Shown: positions 38,498-62,136 of the stretch, piece by piece
How positions within the stretch are numbered: position 1 is the first letter of the stretch
How the letters are laid out: the number at the start of each line of letters is the position of its first letter
DNA from: the human T2T-CHM13v2.0 reference genome, Homo sapiens
Direction: 5' to 3' (one strand)
DNA: 64,000 nucleotides
Assembly (NCBI RefSeq): GCF_009914755.1
Contig: NC_060932.1
Notes under the pieces: generated by a model
Told to the model about the DNA's origin: nothing
Databases searched by the model: none
Seen by the model: the letters and a program-made list of their open reading frames with translations, nothing else
Made by a program: the position numbers and the translations under genes

Positions 38498-38765
38498 TAT
38501 TTATTTATTACTTTTGATTATGAATCCTCCTGGAACTTGATTCTTTAAAAATTTATTATTATTATACTTTAAGTTTTAGGGTACATGTACACAATGTGCA
38601 GGTTAGTTACATATGCATACATGTGTCATGCTGGTGCACTGCACCCACTAACTCGTCATCTAGCATTAGGTATATCTCCCAATGCTTCCCCTCCCCACTC
38701 CCCCCACCCCACAACAGTCCCCAGAGTGTGATGTTCCCCTTCCTGTGTCCATGTGTTCTCATTGT

Positions 38766-42594
<3,829 letters not shown>

Positions 42595-42657
42595 TATGAT
42601 GTTAGCTGGTTATTTTGCTCGTTATTTGGTGCAGTTTCTTCCTAGTCTCGATGGTCT

Positions 42658-43673
42658 TTACATTTTGGCATGATTTTGCAGTGGCATGTACCGGTTGTTC
42701 CTTTCCATGTTAGTGCTTCCTTCAGGAGCTCTTTTAGGGCAGGCCTGGTGGTGACAAAATCTCTCAGCATTTGCTTGTCTGTAAAGTATTTTATTTCTCC
42801 TTCACTTATGAAGCTTAGTTTGGCTGGATATGAAATTCTGGGTTGAAAATTCTTTTCTTTAAGAATGTTGAATATTGGCCTCCACTCTCTTCTGGCTTGT
42901 AGAGTTTCTGCCGAGAGATCCGCTGTTAGTCTGATGGGCTTCCCTTTGTGGGTAACCCGACCTTTCTCTTTGGCTGCCCTTAACATTTTTTCCTTCATTT
43001 CAACTTTGGTGAATCTGACAATTATGTGTCTTGGAGTTGCTCTTCTCGAGGAGTATCTTTGTGGTGATCTCTGTATTTCCTGAATGTGAATGTTGGCCTT
43101 CCTTGCTAGATTGGGGAAGTTCTCCTGGATAATATCCTTCAGAGTGTTTTCCAACTTGGTTCCATTCTCCCTGTCACTTTCAGGTACACCAATCAGACGT
43201 AGATTTGGTCTTTTCACATAGTCCCATATTTCTTGAAGGCTTTGCTCGTTTCTTTTTATTCTTTTTTCTCTAAACTTCCCTTCTCGCTTCATTTCATTCA
43301 TTTCATCTTCCATTACTGATATCCTTTCTTCCAGTTGATCACATCGGCTCCTGAGGCTTCTGCATTCTTCACGTAGTTCTCAAGCCTTGGTTTTCAGCTC
43401 CATCAGCTCCTTTAAGGCCTTCTCTGTATTGGTTATTCTAGTTATACATTCTTCTAAACTTTTTTCAAAGTTTTCAACTTCTTTGCCTTTGGTTTGAATT
43501 TCCTCCCGTAGCTCAGAGTAATTTGATCATCTGAAGCCTTCTTCTCTCAGCTCGTCAAAGTCATTCTGCTTCCAGCTTTGTTCCGTTGCTGGTGAGGAAC
43601 TGCGTTCCTTTGGAGGAGGAGAGGCGCTCTGCTTTTTAGAGTTTCCAGTTTTTCTGCTCTATTTTTTCTCCAT
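42658..43673 (-). pseudogene. ORF1: L1 ORF1, early stop (ATG GAG AAA AAA TAG) and C-terminal frameshift
   Basis: 223-aa fragment at 42642-43313. Confidence 0.93.
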
Positions 43674-44032
43674 CTTTGTGGTTTTATCTACTTTTGGTCT
43701 TTGATGATGGTGATGTACAGATGGGTTTTTGGTGTGGATGTCCTTTCTGTTTGTTAGTTTTCCTCTAACAGAGAGGACCCTCAGCTGCAGGTCTGTTGAA
43801 GTATCCGGCCATGTGAGGTGTCAGTCTGCCCCTGCTGGGGGGTGCCTCCCAGTTAGGCTGCTCGGGGTTCTGGGGTCAGGTACCCACTTGAGGAGGCAGT
43901 CTGCCCATTCTCAGATCTCCAGCTGCATGCTGCGAGGACCACTGCTCTCTTCAAAGCTGTCAGATAGGGACATTTAATTCTGCAGAGGTTACTGCTGTCT
44001 TTTCGTTTGTCTGTGCCCTGCCCCCAGAGGTC

Positions 44033-44540
44033 GATAATTATTTATTAATGTCCTTAGCCCACTTTTAGATAGGATTTTTTAAAATTGTTGAGTTCCTTGT
44101 ATATTCTGGATATTAGTGCCTTATTTGATGAATAGTTTTAAAATATTTTCTTCCATTCAACAGGCTGTCTCTTCCATCTATTGATTGTTTCTTTTGCTGT
44201 GCTGTGATTGTTTCTTTTCGGTTTCTTTGTATCATCTATAATTTCTTTCATCAATGTTTTACAGTGTTTTCTTGTAGAGATCTTTCACGTCCTTCATTAA
44301 ATATAGTCCTCGGTATTTTATGTTTTGTTTCTATTGTAAAGAGGATTGAGTTATTGACTTGGTTTTCAGTTTGACCATTATTGGTGTATAGAAATGGTAC
44401 TGATTTTTTGTATTTTTGTATGTTAATTTTGCTGTATCTTGTAACTTTACTGAATTTGCTCTCAGCTCTTAGAGGGTTCTTTTTGGTGAAGTTCTTTGGT
44501 TTTTCTAAATATAAGTTTATGTCATCTGCAAAGAGGGATG
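44033..44540 (-). mobile_element. Continuation of the L1MA-like element
   Basis: Degenerate ORF2 3' region ending near gtcatctgcaaa. Confidence 0.75.
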
Positions 44541-44760
44541 AGAAAGGTTTAATTGAAAAAGCTTATCCCCATCTTGGAAATTTATGGAGCCATTAACGGT
44601 GGGCTTTTTGCAGCTGTGACATGTTAGCTACAACTCTCATTGGAAAATGGGAAAGGCTTTTCTGACCCATAAGGGCTGTCTGATACATGAAGATAAAAAC
44701 CTAATGTTTGGCCACTTTGTTGTTGTTTCTTGTTCTGTTGTTAATTTTAGGGAATTTATT

Positions 44761-46747
44761 TATTTATTTATTTATTTAGTGTGTGTTATAGCAGTGATTT
44801 ATTTTATTATTATTATTATTATTATTAATATTATTATTTTTTATTTTTTTATTGATCATTCTTGGGTGTCTCTCCCAGAGGGGGATTTGGCAGGGTCATA
44901 GGACAATAGTGGAGGGAAGGTCAGCAGATAAACAAGTGAACAAAGGTCTCTGGTTTTCCTAGGCAGTGGACCCTGTGGCCTTCCGCAGTGTTTGTGTCCC
45001 TGGGTACTTGAGATTAGGGAGTGGTGATGACTCTTAACGAGCATGCTGCCTTCAAGCATCTGTTTAACAAAGCACATCTTGCACCGCCCTTAATCCATTT
45101 AACCCTGAGTGGACACAGCACATGTTTCAGAGAGCACAGGGTTGGGGGTAAGGTCACAGATCAACGGGATCCCAAGGCAGAAGAATTTTTCTTAGTACAG
45201 AACAAAATGAAAAGTCTCCCATGTCTACTTCTTTCTACACAGACACGGCAACCATCCGATTTCTCAATCTTTTCCCCACCTTTCCCCCCTTTCCACTCCA
45301 CAAAACCGCCATTGTCATCATGGCCCATTCTCAATGAGCTGTTGGGTACACCTCCCAGACGGGGTGGTGGCCAGGCAGAGGGGCTCCTCACTTCCCAGGA
45401 GGGACGGCCGGGCAGAGGTGCCCCTCACCTCCCAGACGGGGCGGCTGGCCGGGTGGGGGGCTGACCCCCCCACCTCCCTCCCGGACGGGGCAGCTGGCCG
45501 GGCGGGGGGCTGACCCCCCCACCTCCCTCCCGGACGGGGTGGCTGGCCGGGCAGAGGGGCTCCTCACTTCCCAGTAGGGACGGCCAGGCAGAGGCGACCC
45601 TCGCCTCCCGGATGGGGCAGCTGGCCGGGTGGGGGCTGACCCCCCCACCTCCCTCCCGGATGGGGCGGCTGGCTGGGTGGGGGGGCTGACCCCCCACCTC
45701 CCTCCCGGACGGGGTGGCTGGCCGAGCGTGGGGCTGACCCCCCCCACCTCCCTCCCGGACAGGGCGGCTGGCTGGGCGGGGGGCTGACCCCCCCACCTCA
45801 CTCCCAGATTGGGCGGCTGCCGGGCAGGGTGCTGACCCCCCCACCTCCCTCCCGGACGGGGCGGCTGGCCGGGTGGGGGGCTGACCCCCACCTCCCTCCC
45901 GGACGGGGTGGCTGCAGGGTGGAGATGCTCCTCACTTCCCAGAAGGGGTGGCTGCCGGGCGGAGGGGCTCCTCACTTCTTAGATGGGGCAGTTGCCAGGC
46001 AGTGGGTCTCCTCACTTCTCAGACGGGGCAGCTGGGCAGAGATGCTCCTCACCTCCCAGATGGGGTCACGGCCGGGCAGAGGCGCTCCTCACATCCCAGA
46101 TGGGGCGGCGGGGCAGAGGCGCTCCCCACATCTCAGACGATGGGCGGCCGGACAGAGATGCTCCTCACTTCCTAGATGGGATGGCGGCCAAGCAGAGACG
46201 CTCCTCACTTCCCAGACTGGGCAGCCAGGCAGAGGGGCTCCTCACATCCCAGACGATGGGCAGCCAGGCAGAGACACTCCTCACTTCCCGGACGGGGTGG
46301 CGGCCGGGCAGAGGCTGGACTCTCAGCACTTTGGGAGGCCAAGGCAGGCTGCTGGGAGGTGGAGGTTGTAGCGAGCTGAGACCACGCCACTGCACTCCAG
46401 CCTGAGCACCATTGAGCACTGAGTGAACCAGACTCCGTCTGCAATCCCTGCACCTCGGGAGGCCGAGGCTGGCGGATCACTCGTGGTTAGGAGATGGCGA
46501 CCAGCCCGGCCAACACAGCGAATCCCCGTCTCCACCAAAAAAATACGAAAACCAGTCAGGCGTGGTGGTGGGCGCCTGCAATTGCAGGCACTTGGCAGGC
46601 TGAGGCAGGAGAATCAGGCAAGGAGGTTGCAGTGAGCTGAGATGGCAGCAGTACAGTCCAGCTTCAGCTCGGCATCAGAGGGAGACCGTGGAAAGAGAGG
46701 GAGAGGGAGACTGTGGGGAGAGGGAGAGGGAGAGGGAGAGGGAGAGC
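44761..46747 (-). mobile_element. Full-length SVA retrotransposon (SVA_C/D-like)
   Basis: CCCTCT hexamers at about 46695-46746, Alu-like region at about 46320-46680, GC-rich VNTR at about 45390-46320, SINE-R at 44851-45390; 18-bp TSD aattttagggaatttatt (44743-44760 and 46748-46765). Confidence 0.97.
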
Positions 46748-47134
46748 AATTTTAGGGAATTTATTAAGCTTCATAAATTTATGGGATAAATGGAGGCCCC
46801 TAGGTTAGGGGTGATGCCACTGTGAGATTCAGAGTCACTTCAGTGTAAGGAGGCTGCAGCAGTGTTTAGAAAGTGTGTCATAATTATAGCCATATTTTGA
46901 CTTCTGGAGGCAAGGGCAGGAAGTGTGGCTTTTCCCTGACATACAGTTGCCAGGTAGGCAGTTATTTGGTTGCATAAATAATTGTAATTTTATGGAAAAA
47001 TTTTGGAGATTGAAAATAGAAATTAAAATTACTCCACCATTCAAAAGCAATTGTTATTACCATGTTTGTATAATTTACTTTAGAGTTTAAAATTTTCATG
47101 TATATATATTTTTAACTTACAATGTAGATTAAAT

Positions 47135-47255
47135 AAATAGAGATGAGGTTTTGCCACATTGCCCAGGCTGGTCTTGAACTCCTGGGCTGAAGCTATCCTC
47201 CCACCTCAGCCTCCCAAATTGCTAGGATTAAAGACATGATTTATTGTGCCTGGCC
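47135..47255 (-). mobile_element. Alu left monomer (FLAM_C/AluJ fragment)
   Basis: tagagatgaggttttgccac...ctgggctgaagctatcctcccacctcagcctcccaaa. Confidence 0.85.
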
Positions 47256-49944
47256 TCATGTATATTATGGAAACTGTTAAGATTATTTTACATGAGAGCT
47301 TTATATTTGCTTAAGGTTTGAAAGGCTTCAGAGTTTATGTAGGAAGTTACAGACAATGTTTCTGTTCATGTATCAAAAGAAAAATAATATTCAGAGACTG
47401 AAGTTTTTCTAGGGCAGTGCCACAAGGGTTCATGTCCTTAGAAGTTAGCAGTGGCCTATCTAGGACAGTGTAATTGTGGTGATTGTTTTTTGTTTTGTTT
47501 TCCCTATTATCTCTTATCCCTGGAAAACATCTTTCAGCATTAGGCAATGTGCTATTTGACATTGATCAGTCCCTTAATTTATGGCCACTTTTCCTGCAGG
47601 TTTTTATGCAGCCAGTGTTAAACAGCTGCTGGTCTTAAGCTAAAGGTGGGAAGGTCATGGCACGCAGTGTGGGCTGGATTTAGAATATGAATTGCTACAG
47701 TTTTATTTTGAAGAACATAGAGCATCAGTAGATGATGGGCATTTAGGGCCTCCATAAAGACTGCAGCTGAGGAAAAGATTCACTTATAAGTACAGGAGCA
47801 TCATGTTGGGAGGGGTCAAGTTAATTATTGACCACAGCTTTTACAATCTGCTTTATCAACCAGGGCTGCAGGCTGGGAACTTAGTACAGCTAAATTTTAT
47901 GTATAAAGAACTAGTGTGTAAGTGGGATTTATGTTATGTGTGCAGAGGTAGGCTGGCACTCACTTTTTGCACTATTTTTGGCTGAATTAAGGGCCTAAAG
48001 ATGGGCTAATTCATGGATATACATGGCTTCCACATAGGCTTTTAAAAGCCACTCCCCACTCTGTAGTTTCAAGTTGGCCATGGATTTGTTAATCAAAGTC
48101 AACTGTGATCTTAGTACTAGACCATTCTGAGACATACAATGCACCCTTGTCCACAGAAGGGTGGTAGAATTTTATTAACAATCTTGCAAAAAGACATGAG
48201 ACTTATTATTAAAAATGGTCCCTTTTTGGGTTGAAGTAGAAAAACACCTCAGTGAAGCCATTACCACACCAAAGTCTAGAAAGCCGGTGCCTGGAGGACT
48301 ACATCTCAAGAATCAGCTTTGCTGAGGAAGCCAGAGATGAGTTTGAAGAGTATGCTTCAACCCTTCTATAAGAACAAGTGCAACAGAATATTGAGAATAA
48401 CAGAATAAGACATTTAGGAATATTTAACTGAAGGAAGCAAAGGATTTCCTTATGAGAAAGGTTGAGGTTTTATTGGTTAAAATCAACAGATGTGAAGGGG
48501 AAGCAAGAACTGTAAGGACAGACAAATGTAGATGGTCTACCTGTTCTCAGAAGGTTTTAGAAAATGCGTTGTGCTTTCATTGTTGCTATATCAGAAAGAA
48601 AGACCGGAGCCTGACAAAATTTAGAGAGGAAGCAAGGCAGGATCTCATAAAGTAGAGTGATCCCTGAGAGGGTGTGCCCAAATGCTGCAGACTCTCTCAT
48701 AAGTGTTAGGAGAAACCAATTCTCCAAGCATATATTGGGACAACAGTATGACTTGATCCAGAATGTTAGGACAAATTTGAGGGGGAAAGGTGGGGCAGAA
48801 CAGAGAAAAACTCAAAACATAGGAGGTGACTTAACTATTATGTACTGTATTAAAAGTATTATATGCTGTTCCTTGAAGAAACATCCCCAAGCAATTTTTG
48901 GTTAGGACTCAAGGTAAAGCACAGAAAAGATGAGTTATATTGGAGGGATGTAGACAGAAGAACTATAATATGTACTGAGCCCATTATAGATGTTGAGTGA
49001 TGGAAGGGTATCTTCTGGGATGGATAATCTTCCTAGGAGCCTGGATGTACACAAAATATGTTTAAACAGCAGATATTTTTGGCAGACCCAGAACCTGATG
49101 TTTTCATGTATCTCACCATGGAAAACTCTATAACCACAATCTAACAGAATACACTAGTAAAATGTCCGGGCCTGAGAGCAATGCCAAAGTAAAAAGAAAG
49201 AACTCGGATCTTACAAACATTGTGATCCTACTTGGCAGAAGAAAAGAAACCTCTGAGGTAGGTTAATCAGCTAAGTCTTCTTGAAACTATTAGAGGGGAA
49301 AATGAAAACACTTGAGGCATATAGCATAAAAGACATAGCATACAGAAATATTCAGAGCTGGTAGCATCCTAAACCAGAGGAAATGTCATTTCTTGGGGAG
49401 TAATCATGAGGGAAATTTTTTCCGTGAGGGTGCTAGGGGTGCAATTCACCAGAAACAGCTTTATTTAAGGAAGTTGCTGAAGGTGATTCTCTAGCTGGAA
49501 CACTTCTAGGGACTGAGGGACAGGAGGATCTTCACTGGGAGGCAGGTTTCACAGGTCCAAACAATTCTGTAGTGAGTGACAGCAGCCACTGTGGCTCAGG
49601 ACCAAAACTACCAGTTCCTGGGATACAGTGTTAGCTACCTGGCCAGATGGAGTCCACTCTTAGTATAGCATTAGAAGGGTACTCAGTGGGGAGATTGAGA
49701 CTAAAAGGCTGAGAAAATACTGAATGGGAAGAACTTCTCAGTAGTACCTGATGCCCAGTGAGTGGGGTGGGGGGTGATTTCATTGCAAATTTTAGAGATT
49801 AAAAAGCCAGGAGTATCTCAGATGACAATAATTGGGAAAGAAGATAAGCGAATAAGCCTTTAACCCACTCTGGTGCCATAGTTATGATAAATCCCATATG
49901 GTCAAATTTAATCTCTTATGACAGGTTTCTCTCAATGTAAGGGT

Positions 49945-50430
49945 TTTTTTTTTAATGTGATATAATCTATATAACGTAAAATTCACTGTTTAAAAGTGTA
50001 GAATTCAGTGATTTCCAGCATATTAACTATGTAGTGCAACCATCACTATTGTCTCACTCTAGAGTATTTCTGCCACCCCCCCAAAAAAAACCCTGTACCA
50101 ATTAGCAGTGAGTCCCAATTCTTCCCTTCTCTCATCTCCTAATGACCAGAAATCTGCTTTTTGCATCTACAAATTTACATAGTCTGGATAGTTCATGTCA
50201 ATTGAATCACGTTATATGTAGCCTTTTGTGACTGGCTTCTTTCCATTAGCACAGTGTTTTCAAGATTCATCTATATTGTATCACATAGCAATATTCATTT
50301 CTTTTTATAGCTGAATATGTTTTGGATATATACCACATTTTATTCATTTATGCATCAGTTGATGGGCATTACATTGTTTCAGTTTTTTAGCAATTATGCA
50401 TAATGCTGCTGTGAACTTTTCTGTACAACT
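49945..50430 (-). mobile_element. L1MB-like 3' end
   Basis: taaaattcactgtttaaaagtgtagaattcagtg...gtgcaaccatcact is typical of L1MB 3'UTRs. Confidence 0.75.
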
Positions 50431-50477
50431 CTAATGGATTTTTAGGGTAATGCTCATATACCCCAGACAAGCATCTC

Positions 50478-50988
50478 CTGTAGAGATCTTTTACCTCCTT
50501 GGGCAGATGTATTCCTAGGTTTTTATTTGTTTTATTGTTTGTTTTGGCTATAAGTGGGATTGCATTCTTGATTTGGTTCTCAGCTTGAATGTTGATGGTG
50601 TATGGAAATAATACTGATTTTTATATGTAGATTTTGTATCCTGAAACTTCACCACATCATTTGTCAAGCCTAGGAGTCTTTTGGAGAAATCCTTTGGGTT
50701 TTCTATGTACAGAATTATATGTTCAGTGAAGAGAGATAGTTTGACTTCTTTTTCTATTTGGATGCCTTTTATTTCTTTCTCTTGGCTGATTGCTGTGTTT
50801 AGGATTTCCAGTACTACATTGAATAGGAGTGGTGTAAGTGGACATTCTTGTTTATTCCAGTTCTAAGAGGGAATGTTTCTAAATTTGTCTTTTCATTATG
50901 ATGTCAGCTGCAGGTCTGTCACAGATGGCTCTTAATATTTTGAGGTATGATGCTTAGTTCATTGAGGGTTTTTATTATAAAGGGGTGA
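50478..50988 (-). mobile_element. Old L1 ORF2 (RT-region) fragment
   Basis: gagatagtttgacttc..ttggatgccttttatttc..ttgaataggagtggtg. Confidence 0.8.
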
Positions 50989-51721
50989 GTTGATCAGCTA
51001 TTTAGTAAAGTTGAAACTAATATTTCTTTTTCAGATACTTTTGAGTTTCTATAATGACCTTTACAACAGTATATACTAGGTTCTAGAACATAATTATGTT
51101 TGCGATAACATTACTAGCAAATGGGATTGCTTTATTTTCTAAAACGTGTGGGTGCGGAAAACATGATGTTCAGTTTTGTATGTTCTAGTAATGCATTTGA
51201 TCCTTAAAAATGAGGCTTCTGAGTTGACTTAGGAGTGAACAAACACAATTTCTGAGGTCCTGAAGAAACTGCAGCCACTCCTGAGAAAGAGTCAGGCTGT
51301 AGCTGCTGAAAGAATGCAGATATGGAGAAAATTCATCTAACTGAAACTGAAGAGAATGAGAAGTTGGAGAGAATAAGTTTAGAATTTAAGTTGGGATTTG
51401 AGACATTAATTTCTTTGGATTCATACTGCACAACAAAGACAGCAGGAATTTTTCAGACTTTAGCTTTTATGGATTTTAAGGTTAAGAATTTGAATTTTTT
51501 AAAGCTTTTAATATTTGAATTTAATTATAATTCCTGGGAAACTATTAATGAGAGGGAAATTATATTTAATTTTGGAGTATCAATATGTGGTGACATACGA
51601 TTATTGGACTATCTTACGGTCATTATTTAATATCATTGCAGAAGCTTTGAAAGGATATATTAGGTAATATGGCTGGATACAATTTAAGATAGGAAATAGA
51701 ACAGAAGTGAAGTTCCAGCTT

Positions 51722-56081
<4,360 letters not shown>

Positions 56082-56110
56082 GTATGTGTATGTATCTATA
56101 CATATTTATA

Positions 56111-56468
56111 AAAGAAGGCAACATAGTGACAGCCTGTTAGAGACCCAATTTGCATAATAAAAGATCAGGGTGGGGTGGCCAGCCTCTTCACGTACTATAT
56201 AAAGGGCACACCTGGTTTAACCAATCCTCTGTGCCCTATATAAGGCAGACATGACTTCCTCAAGCTCATCTATAAACCAACTGCATCTTGCTATGAACCT
56301 GGAAACCATTTGGGATCTCTTCCTCTGCACCAGAAAGCTCTCTTCTTTGTTTCACTTATTAAACTTCTGCTCTTAAACCCACTCCTTTTGTCTGTGTCTG
56401 TGTCCTTGATTTCCTCGGTGTGAGGCAATGAACCTTGTGTATTACCCCAGACAAATGAGGCAGCTTCA
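56111..56468 (+). mobile_element. LTR9-like (HUERS-P3) 5' LTR, 5' part missing
   Basis: atttgcataataaaagatcagggtgggg..ctataaa..attaaac..ttaccccagacaaatgaggcagcttca; followed by a PBS. Confidence 0.7.
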
Positions 56469-56471
56469 TTG

Positions 56472-56489
56472 TGGGGGCTTGTCCAGGAT
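56472..56489 (+). promoter_or_regulatory. Retroviral primer-binding site, tRNA-Pro
   Basis: tgggggcttgtccaggat vs TGGGGGCTCGTCCGGGAT; both mismatches are CpG transitions; lies 3 nt after the LTR end. Confidence 0.85.
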
Positions 56490-56561
56490 TATCAAAAGGG
56501 TGAGTATAGGAGTGGACCTCAACTCTGTCCTTTTATTTCAGGGCTCTCAGCCTCCATTTTA

Positions 56562-56824
56562 ATTATTTAATTATTTTATTTTTTTGAGACAGAGTCTCAC
56601 TGTATCACTCAGGCTGGAGTGCAGTGGCATTATCTTGGTTCACTGCAACCACCACCTCCCAGGTTTAGGTGATTCTCATTTCTCAGCCTCCTAAGTAGCT
56701 GGAATTATGACACATGCCACCACACCTGGCTAATTTTTGTATTTTTAGTAGAGATGGGGTTTTGCCATATTGGGCAGGCTGGCACCAAAGTTCTGGGATG
56801 AGGTGTGAGCCACCACACCTGGCC
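56562..56824 (-). mobile_element. Alu (AluS-type) with deletion in the left monomer
   Basis: TSD cctccatttta (56551-56561 and 56830-56840). Confidence 0.9.
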
Positions 56825-58577
56825 CTTAACCTCCATTTTAAAGTCAAATCAAACCATATACTGTGTGTCTGATGGCCACCTAGATACCTCTAGTGTGAGC
56901 CATGCTTCTCAAGGCTCAGATGACAGGCTTGTTGGGCTGTCATGATAGTGAATCCACTAGTGCCCTCAGGTTGCTGGGCTTATTGGTTATGTTTCAAACC
57001 AATTTTCCTTCATGGAGGAACTAGCCATCTCATGGGGCTTGAAGAAGTCCTAGGGCAACTGACAATTTCTGGCCAGGGCTAAACCTTGATGTAATTCAAA
57101 AGCTTTGGGACTGAACTCAGCCTCCAGCTGCTCAATTGGATCAGCAACAGAATCTCCAGCTTTTCTATTGCAGAATGTTCTCCTTTCCTATCCACCACCA
57201 TCATGTCTCCTCTCTCTGTATGCAATATCATGGGAATTTTTACAGTTCAGAGAAATAGTCCTGTTAGGAAAGATCAAAAAATGCTATAGTAACTACAAAT
57301 ATAGCTCAAGGGAATGCCACTTTTGTAACTTTCTAGAAGCAGAGGTCTCCCCCAGCGAGTGTTTCTACCCTTCCTCTGGCAAGCATATGGTATTTCTAGG
57401 TCAGCAGCGTCAACTAGTGGAGTATCCTTACCATGAGTCTCAGTGTTGGTCCTTTGCTGAGACACTCCAGCTTCCCAATTCTCCCTTTTTGTGCCCCTCT
57501 ACCAGATTCCAGGGTTTATGGCTTTCTGTAAATGGGAAAAACTATGCCATGAAAGATCAGGAGGAAAATGTCCTCTGAAACTGTTTTAGTCTGAACACTG
57601 TCCCATCAGCAGGAAAACCACCATTTGATCCCTATGTTCTTTTAACACACCAATCCTGCTTGCAGTTAAGACAATACTTAAATAGTAAGGGAATTTTAAG
57701 TCCAGAAGTTAACCACTACCATTCTCTAGGGGTAAATCCTTTAGCACGACCCACAATAGCAGGATATAGAGTTCAATCTTGTACACCCCCTCCATTAAAG
57801 GGGCCATGCCCAAATTCAACTATTACATAGTCTTTCCTGAGATCCATTTTTCAGGGAGCCATGAAGATCATACAAGTCTAGGAAGTCAGGGTAATCAAAA
57901 ACAGAGAACTAGGGCTGCATGGGTACACATGACTAAACTCATCACTTAATTCCTCTGGTTCCATGGCTGGGGAATCATGCCTGCAACCATGGGTAGCATG
58001 TTTAACAAGGTGCCAGGAGCCCAGGAACCAAAGAGAGAAAACAGTAGGGGGAATGCCCCCACTGTCTTCCCCTCCACCCTGGGCCATCCCAAGGAAAGGA
58101 TCCTTTTATTCTCAGTTCTCTTTCTAGATGGGTAACAGACCATCTTTGGCCTGTACTCCTCTCAAGTGTATTCTAAAGCACTGGGACTCATTTAACCCCA
58201 AAACTTTGAAGAAAAAAGCAGCTCATTTTTCTTTGCACAAGGGGATGGCATTCTTTCTAGACCTTTGCAAGCATTGCAAAATCAACCCAGCTTTTTTAGC
58301 AGTCATATCAGGCAGGTCTGTAGAGAATGATTTCCCACAGTAAGAGAAGCAACTTTTGAGGGAACCATCTGAGAATTCCCCTTATCTGAGGCCCCTTTAA
58401 GTTCCCTTCTCATTACAGAACCTTAGGCAGATTAAGGGGGTCTTAGGCCATGCTGCTCCTAAGCCAAACCCTCACTGCTACTCAAAAACAGGCAGCTCTG
58501 TAGGCAGTAGAACATTTTGGAGATGAACAATATATCTCCTATAATAGGCCAAAAAGGAAAAAAGGAGATAGGGAAGG

Positions 58578-61087
<2,510 letters not shown>

Positions 61088-61159
61088 AAACACAAAGAAA
61101 TAATGGAAACACCTTTCCCAATAGGAAGGGAAACAGTCCCTCCTGACAATCCCTATTGA

Positions 61160-61387
<228 letters not shown>

Positions 61388-62029
61388 TAATGTACTTATG
61401 AGAGGGCTTACAAAGAACTAGGGCTAAACCTGTTAATTACTCTAAGCTGTCCTTGATAGACCAATAGCCAGATAAGAATTACACAGCCTTTATGGAAAGG
61501 CTGAGAGAGCTACTAACAAACCACCCCTCCTTATCCCTTGATTCAGTTGAGGGACAGCTCATCCTAAAGGACAAGTTTATCACACAGGCTGCTCCTGATA
61601 TTAGAAGGAAACTGTGAAAGGAGGCTATAGGAGGATACACCACCTTGGAAAACCTCCTGAGGGTGGCCACTTCAGTCTTTTATAATAGATATCAGGAGGA
61701 GGCCCAGCAGCAGAAAGAGAGGAAGCACAAGAAAATGACAGAGGCTGTAGTATCTACCTGCTTTGCAGGCTTGCAAAATTCAGGATCCCCAAGGTACATC
61801 TGCTAGTGGCTATCAATGTGGCAAGTCAGGGCACTTTAAGAAGGAGTGCTCAGGCAGCAAGGAAATGCCACCTCAGTCTTATCCAGCTTGTGGCAAAGAC
61901 CACTAGAGATCAGACTGCCCCCAGTGATGGAGGTCACTGTGTTCAGAACCAGTCTCACAGATGGTCCAACAGGACTGATGGGTTCTGGGGCTCAAACCCG
62001 TGGCTCCAGTGGCTCAAACTGCCATTACA

Positions 62030-62100
62030 GCACAGAAACCCCAGGTGATTCTGGAAATTGAAGAAAGGAAGGAAGACCTCCTCCTGGACACTGGAGCCAG

Positions 62101-62136
<36 letters not shown>

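Noticed and set aside
45021-46635. Many overlapping GC-rich ORFs of 70-195 aa and regularly spaced repeats that superficially resemble a CRISPR array
   Set aside because: These are the SVA VNTR and Alu-like domains; there are no unique spacers and no cas genes, and the DNA is primate.
47803-51630. Short ORFs (e.g. 48452-48655, 48657-48905, 51322-51630) as host exons
   Set aside because: No recognisable domains or convincing splice structure; lengths are compatible with chance.
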